NCBI GenBank assembly: GCA_028717265.1
Contig: JAQUOE010000005.1
Location: 4,190 to 68,189 of the forward strand
Reading direction: 5' to 3'
Source of the DNA: Actinomycetota bacterium
GTDB lineage: Bacteria; Actinomycetota; Humimicrobiia; Humimicrobiales; Humimicrobiaceae
DNA length: 64,000 nucleotides
Part shown: positions 59,686 to 64,000 of the stretch, piece after piece
How the letters are laid out: each line of letters opens with the position of its first letter
Numbering within the stretch: position 1 is the first letter of the stretch
Made by a program: the position numbers and the translations under genes
The notes under the pieces: generated by a model
Seen by the model: the letters and a program-made list of their open reading frames with translations, nothing else
The model's database searches: none
What the model was told of the DNA's origin: nothing

Positions 59686-61014
59686 TTGGAATTTATTAAA
59701 AAGATATTAATTATAGAGAATGATTTTATGATTTTTCAAGAGGATTTAAAAAAGGGACTGAATGATTGCGAGATAGATAATCTTGTAAAAAAATCATTAG
59801 CGAAATTTAACAAATTAAATAAAATACTTATTATACATCCGGATTCCACAAGAAATGATTTTACGGATAAAATTGTTAAAGCCATATTAAATAGTATTGA
59901 AGAAAGAGAATATGAACACATTCACTTTTTAAACGCCTGTGGGACTCATGGGATTATGACAAAAAAAGAATTTTTGAACAAATTAGGTTTGGAAACAATT
60001 GGAAAAAACATGTTTTTTTTTAATCATATATTTAATGACAAAAGTAATCTCCGAGTTGTTGGTGAAGTTCCTTCTTCTTTTATTTCGAAAATAACTAATG
60101 GAAATTTAAAGCAGGAGATACCAGTTACTATAAATAAAATGATTCTTGAAAACTATGATGTCATCCTGACAATTGGGGGGACAGTACCTCATGAGGCAGC
60201 AGGTTTTTCCGGAGGACTGAAAATTTTTTTTCCGGGCGTTTCCGGTTCAGAAGTGATAGATCTCTTTCACTGGGTCGGCGCATTGATTGGGATTCCAAAT
60301 ATTATAGGGACAATTAATAATTATGTGAGAGAAGTGATTAACGTAGCTTCCAAATTCATATTCAAGGTGCTAAAAAAACCGGTACTATGTTTTAATATGA
60401 TTTATGATGGAACAGGCGATAAAGTAAGACCTTTAGGACTATATATAGATTATGGTTTTAAGGGTTTTATAAATGCTTATAAAAAAGCGGCTTCTGCCAG
60501 TTTCAAGATTCATATCAAATATTTGGATAAACCCATAGATATTGCTGTGCAAGAAATTCCGAAATATTATAGTTCCGTTTGGACAGCTGCAGGAAAAAGT
60601 TCTTCAAAGTTGCAAAGAAAAGGGGTCATAAAAGGGGGGGGAGCAATAATTATTTATGGTCCTCATATAAAATGTTTTCATTCCAATAAATACATGGACG
60701 AAATGATAAAACTTATCGGATATCATTGCAAAGATTTCGTATTAGATTTTCTAAAAAAAAATCCGGAGTTTTCAAGGAATATAGCTTCTCATGTAATTAA
60801 TGTAAACGGACCCGGATATTTTGATCGTTTATCTAAAAAGGAAATATCTGATTTGAAGATTATCTTAGCTACCTCGATATCGAAAGATGTTTGTGAGTCA
60901 GTTAATCTTGGTTATATTGACCATGAAACTCTAAGAAGAGAAGACTTTCAGACATCTGAAAAATTATGGATAAAAGAAGGGGGAAGGTATCTTTATAACT
61001 TAAAAGGCAGATAG
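59686..61014 (+). CDS. LarA-family (DUF2088) protein, paralogue 2
   Basis: GTVPHEAAGFSGGLKIFFPG block homologous to paralogue 1 and the LarA lysine region. 442 aa. Confidence 0.65.
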   Translation: MEFIKKILIIENDFMIFQEDLKKGLNDCEIDNLVKKSLAKFNKLNKILIIHPDSTRNDFTDKIVKAILNSIEEREYEHIHFLNACGTHGIMTKKEFLNKLGLETIGKNMFFFNHIFNDKSNLRVVGEVPSSFISKITNGNLKQEIPVTINKMILENYDVILTIGGTVPHEAAGFSGGLKIFFPGVSGSEVIDLFHWVGALIGIPNIIGTINNYVREVINVASKFIFKVLKKPVLCFNMIYDGTGDKVRPLGLYIDYGFKGFINAYKKAASASFKIHIKYLDKPIDIAVQEIPKYYSSVWTAAGKSSSKLQRKGVIKGGGAIIIYGPHIKCFHSNKYMDEMIKLIGYHCKDFVLDFLKKNPEFSRNIASHVINVNGPGYFDRLSKKEISDLKIILATSISKDVCESVNLGYIDHETLRREDFQTSEKLWIKEGGRYLYNLKGR

Positions 61015-61100
61015 AATAATCAGTAGCATTGTTTTTTAAATTTGAAATACTAAAAAAGTGTAATCTAAAAGGATGGTTAGGTCTATAAGGTGATTTTATT

Positions 61101-62117
61101 ATGAATAATAAGCCTAAGTTTTTATTGAATATGCATAGAGATATGTTTGATTATTGTTTTAGTTCCGAGGATAGAAAGAAATTATCGCTGTTAGTGGAAT
61201 TAATAGGAGGAATTCCATCTAAGAGTATGTATACAAAAGAATGGATTCGAGCAAACATTAAAGAAGCTGAGGGATGTATAACCGGCTGGGAATCAATACC
61301 TATAGATGAGCATATAATTAATTGTTCGAAATCTTTAAAGATAATTTTTCATACCGCAGGGACTGTCAGGGGAATTTTTAATAATATGAATATAAAAAAT
61401 TATAATTTAAGGATTGTGTCAAACGCAGGAGTTATAGCGATATATGTTGCAAGATTTACTCTAGGACTTATATTAAGCGGTCTAAAGGGAGTTTATTATT
61501 ATAATAATAAATTACATAAATTTGGAAAGGGGGGTTGGGATATAAAAAAGAATTTATCTCACGGATACTATAAGAAGAAAATAGGAATAATCAGTCTGGG
61601 ACATATAGGGTATAGACTAATAGGTCTACTAAAAAACTTTGATTTTGAAGTCTTGGTTTATTCTAATCACCTCACTGATAAAAAGGCAAATGAGCTTGAA
61701 GTATATAAAACAGAATTAGATGAATTAATGGCACATGCAGATGTTGTGGTATTACTAGCCCCAGATCTACCTAACTATCATCATATGATAAATGGGAAAA
61801 ATATACAACTATTGAAAAACAATGCTATTTTCATAAATGTAGCAAGAGGTGGACTTGTTGAGGAAAAAGCTTTAATAAAAGAATTAAGAAAGGGTTTTAT
61901 TACCGCTTTTTTAGATGTTACTGATCCGGAGCCCCCGGAAGATCATAGCCCCTTTTATGATATCCCAAATTGCATTCTTACTCCACATATTGCTGGTTGC
62001 ATCGGGAATGAATGTTATAAACTTGGAGAGAATACTCTGGAAGAAATAAAGCTATATATGAAGAATGAACCTTTAAAATATGAGATGTCAAATGAAGAGC
62101 TGAATTATAGAGCATAA
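61101..62117 (+). CDS. D-isomer-specific 2-hydroxyacid dehydrogenase family protein
   Basis: GIISLGHIGYRL NAD-binding loop and the catalytic region ...LTPHIAG. Confidence 0.75.
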   Translation: MNNKPKFLLNMHRDMFDYCFSSEDRKKLSLLVELIGGIPSKSMYTKEWIRANIKEAEGCITGWESIPIDEHIINCSKSLKIIFHTAGTVRGIFNNMNIKNYNLRIVSNAGVIAIYVARFTLGLILSGLKGVYYYNNKLHKFGKGGWDIKKNLSHGYYKKKIGIISLGHIGYRLIGLLKNFDFEVLVYSNHLTDKKANELEVYKTELDELMAHADVVVLLAPDLPNYHHMINGKNIQLLKNNAIFINVARGGLVEEKALIKELRKGFITAFLDVTDPEPPEDHSPFYDIPNCILTPHIAGCIGNECYKLGENTLEEIKLYMKNEPLKYEMSNEELNYRA

Positions 62118-62194
62118 TTAATATTTTAGATATGTATCATAAATAGTAATAGATTTGGAAGTTATTATAAAGTTATAAAGGATAGGAAATTAAG

Positions 62195-63085
62195 ATGGTA
62201 AATTTATCTGCTTTCCCAAAATGTTGGATAGAAGATATCACTAAAGGGAAAATGACTCTTTATAAGTGGATGGAAATTTCTACAGAACTAAAATGTGATG
62301 GTCTGGAAATGTATTTTAGATTTTTAAAATCACATGAGATCGAATACCTGAAAGATTTAAGAAATAAGGCTGAATCCTTGGGTATGGAAATACCGATGAT
62401 GTGCTATTCTCCTGATTTTACTTTCCCTGACAAAGACTTAAGAAAAAAAGAGGTTAAGAAACAAATCGAGATGATAAAGGTGATAGCGGAGCTTGGAGGA
62501 AAATATTGCAGAACTCTTTCCGGGCAGTTTAGACCTGAAATAACCATTACCGAAGGTATCAAATGGGTAGTTGAATGTATCGAATCCTGTCTTCCTACTG
62601 CTGAAAAATATGGAGTAAATCTAGTGATAGAAAATCATTATAAAGATGATTTTTGGAAAAACAAAGAATTTGCCCAGAATAAAGAGATATTTTTAAGTAT
62701 AATAAATCGAATAGAATCCCCATATTTTGGAGTTCAGTATGATCCTTCTAATGCAATTGTTGCTGGAGATGACCCAATCGATTTGCTTAAGATACTAATT
62801 AATAGAGTAAAGACCATGCATGCAAGTGACCGAAGTATATCAGATGGTAATTCCATTGAGCATATTCAACAATACAATGGAAAAATAGGATACCCTGATG
62901 AACTTATCCATGGTGTCATAGGAGAGGGTGTAATTGATTATGATTCTATTTTTTCAATTCTTTCAAACTCAAAATTTAATGGATGGATATCAATTGAAGA
63001 TGGAATGAATGGTTTTGAAGAAATGAAGAAATCAGTTATTTTCCTAAAAAAAATGATAAAGAAATATTTTAAAAGTGACAAATAA
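62195..63085 (+). CDS. xylose-isomerase-like TIM-barrel protein, family A paralogue 2
   Basis: Paralogue of 35997..36887. Confidence 0.75.
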   Translation: MVNLSAFPKCWIEDITKGKMTLYKWMEISTELKCDGLEMYFRFLKSHEIEYLKDLRNKAESLGMEIPMMCYSPDFTFPDKDLRKKEVKKQIEMIKVIAELGGKYCRTLSGQFRPEITITEGIKWVVECIESCLPTAEKYGVNLVIENHYKDDFWKNKEFAQNKEIFLSIINRIESPYFGVQYDPSNAIVAGDDPIDLLKILINRVKTMHASDRSISDGNSIEHIQQYNGKIGYPDELIHGVIGEGVIDYDSIFSILSNSKFNGWISIEDGMNGFEEMKKSVIFLKKMIKKYFKSDK

Positions 63086-63275
63086 ATTATAGATAATCAG
63101 TGCAGCAAAGAGATATCGGAGAAATCTTTTATATAGAAGTTCTATGGATTTCTATTCATGTCATGTTTTTATTGTGGATAAGGTTTTAATTAAAGCAAGA
63201 TAGATTATTGTTTTATTTACATTTCATTATACTGTTTTTAATAATGTAATACTAAAAAAATCATGGAGTTGCATA

Positions 63276-63677
63276 ATGAAAAAGATAACTACAGGTGTCG
63301 CAGGTACTGGTTTTATAGAACCAGTTCATGTTGCAAATTCAAGGAGGATCCCTAGCGTAGACGTTAAAGCTATTGTGAGTCATAGCATAGATTGGGCAGC
63401 TGCATTGGCTGAAAATCTATGTATAATGAAATTTTATGGTAATTGGGAAGAAACGATTAAAGACAATACCATGGAAGTAGTGTATATTGCTACATTAAAT
63501 GATTTGCATTACCCTATCGCGAGAATGTGTTTAGAGTTTGGAAAACATGTAATTTGTGAAAAACCATTTGAGGATCCACCGAAAACTAGTCTACCCATAA
63601 TGTTAAGATTTGGGGCTATTGAGGGGCCCTGTCAAGTAAAAATATTAAAGAGCGTAAATAAAAATAAGTCTATTTGA
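63276..63677 (+). pseudogene. Gfo/Idh/MocA oxidoreductase truncated after ~100 residues
   Basis: N-terminus VAGTGFIEPVH...HVICEKPF parallels 49502..50650 up to the EKPL motif. It then diverges and stops at 133 aa, with transposase-like sequence following. Confidence 0.55.
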
Positions 63678-64000
63678 ATTTGATAGCATGAAAATCCAGG
63701 GATGTTAACATATTAAAAAACAAAGTACTCCTCCTTTAAAAGGCCTATGATAAACTTAATTTATCAATAACCTGAGTTTATGCCAAAGGCGGTACACGGT
63801 GAAATACATAGGATTAGATTTGTACAAAAAAAGTATTTTTGCAACAGTTTTAGGAGGAGACGGTAAAATTTTATCAAGACCAAAATAGAGCCAACCACCA
63901 GAGATATCTGCTACTACCTTAAAAACGAGGGCAGAAGAGATGAACTCTCTATGGCTATGGAAGCATCATATAATTGGCCCTACTACTACCGCGCAGTTGA
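63578..64000 (+). mobile_element. IS110-family-like insertion sequence (partial; transposase N-terminus with in-frame TAG)
   Basis: From GTG 63799 the frame reads VKYIGLDLYKKSIFATVLGGDGKILSRPK*EPTTRDICYYLKNEGRRDELSMAMEASYNW... This resembles the IS110 (DEDD) transposase N-terminus and its MEAT-like block. The frame runs off the window. The left end is inferred at the point where the Gfo homology stops. Confidence 0.4.

Noticed and set aside
1-64000. Possibility of a non-standard genetic code, prompted by in-frame TAA/TAG in the GntR and transposase frames
   Set aside because: Confidently identified conserved genes terminate at TAA, TAG and TGA at the expected positions (e.g. fabZ ends TAG, fabD ends TGA, many others TAA). 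The in-frame stops are better explained as pseudogenisation.
1-64000. tRNA, rRNA genes and CRISPR arrays
   Set aside because: No GTTCGA/T-loop-containing cloverleaf candidates, no rRNA-like GC-rich conserved blocks and no regularly spaced short direct repeats were seen on reading the intergenic regions.

Overview
AT-rich bacterial chromosome segment with short intergenic spacers, densely coding throughout. No rRNA, tRNA or CRISPR array found.

The left ~14.5 kb looks like core genome: a truncated GGDEF and a PAS-GGDEF diguanylate cyclase, a flavodoxin, birA, a compact type II fatty-acid synthesis block (fabZ-fabD-fabG-fabF-accD-accA) with no acpP, fabH or accBC, a convergent PP2C-phosphatase/PASTA Ser/Thr-kinase pair, NAD(P)-malic enzyme and a zinc-ADH.

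A ~2 kb zone (14.6-16.7 kb) of decayed or fragmentary genes follows: a GC-richer frameshifted fragment, a truncated TIM-barrel remnant and a frameshifted PNP/MtnN-family nucleosidase.

The remaining ~47 kb is a paralogue-rich accessory carbohydrate / hydroxy-acid catabolic island, containing:
- 2 LarA-family (nickel-pincer racemase/epimerase) homologues
- 3 'putative cyclase' (HxGTHxDxPxH) proteins
- 4 VOC/glyoxalase-fold proteins
- 2 DHDPS/NAL-family aldolases
- 5 xylose-isomerase-like TIM barrels
- 2 Gfo/Idh/MocA oxidoreductases, one of them IS-truncated
- 3 MDR zinc-ADHs
- 5 SDRs
- 2 D-2-hydroxyacid dehydrogenases
- an IlvD/EDD dehydratase, a DgoK-like kinase, an FGGY kinase, a DUF89 phosphatase, a BadF-type ATPase and a C_GCAxxG_C_C redox protein
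- a GlpA-like FAD oxidoreductase / NAD(P)-FAD oxidoreductase / DUF1667 triad
- a CUT2-type and a CUT1-type sugar ABC importer
- IclR, DeoR and LacI regulators and a decayed GntR

Structural signals worth a second look:
- a perfect ~1.5 kb direct duplication of the glpA-like gene
- two tandem SDR genes with identical 5' ~270 nt but divergent 3' halves
- a GntR pseudogene whose HTH carries three in-frame stops while its FCD domain ORF is intact
- an IS110-like transposase with an in-frame TAG that appears to truncate a Gfo/Idh/MocA gene at the right edge
- hairpins with a shared stem flanking the CUT2 binding-protein gene
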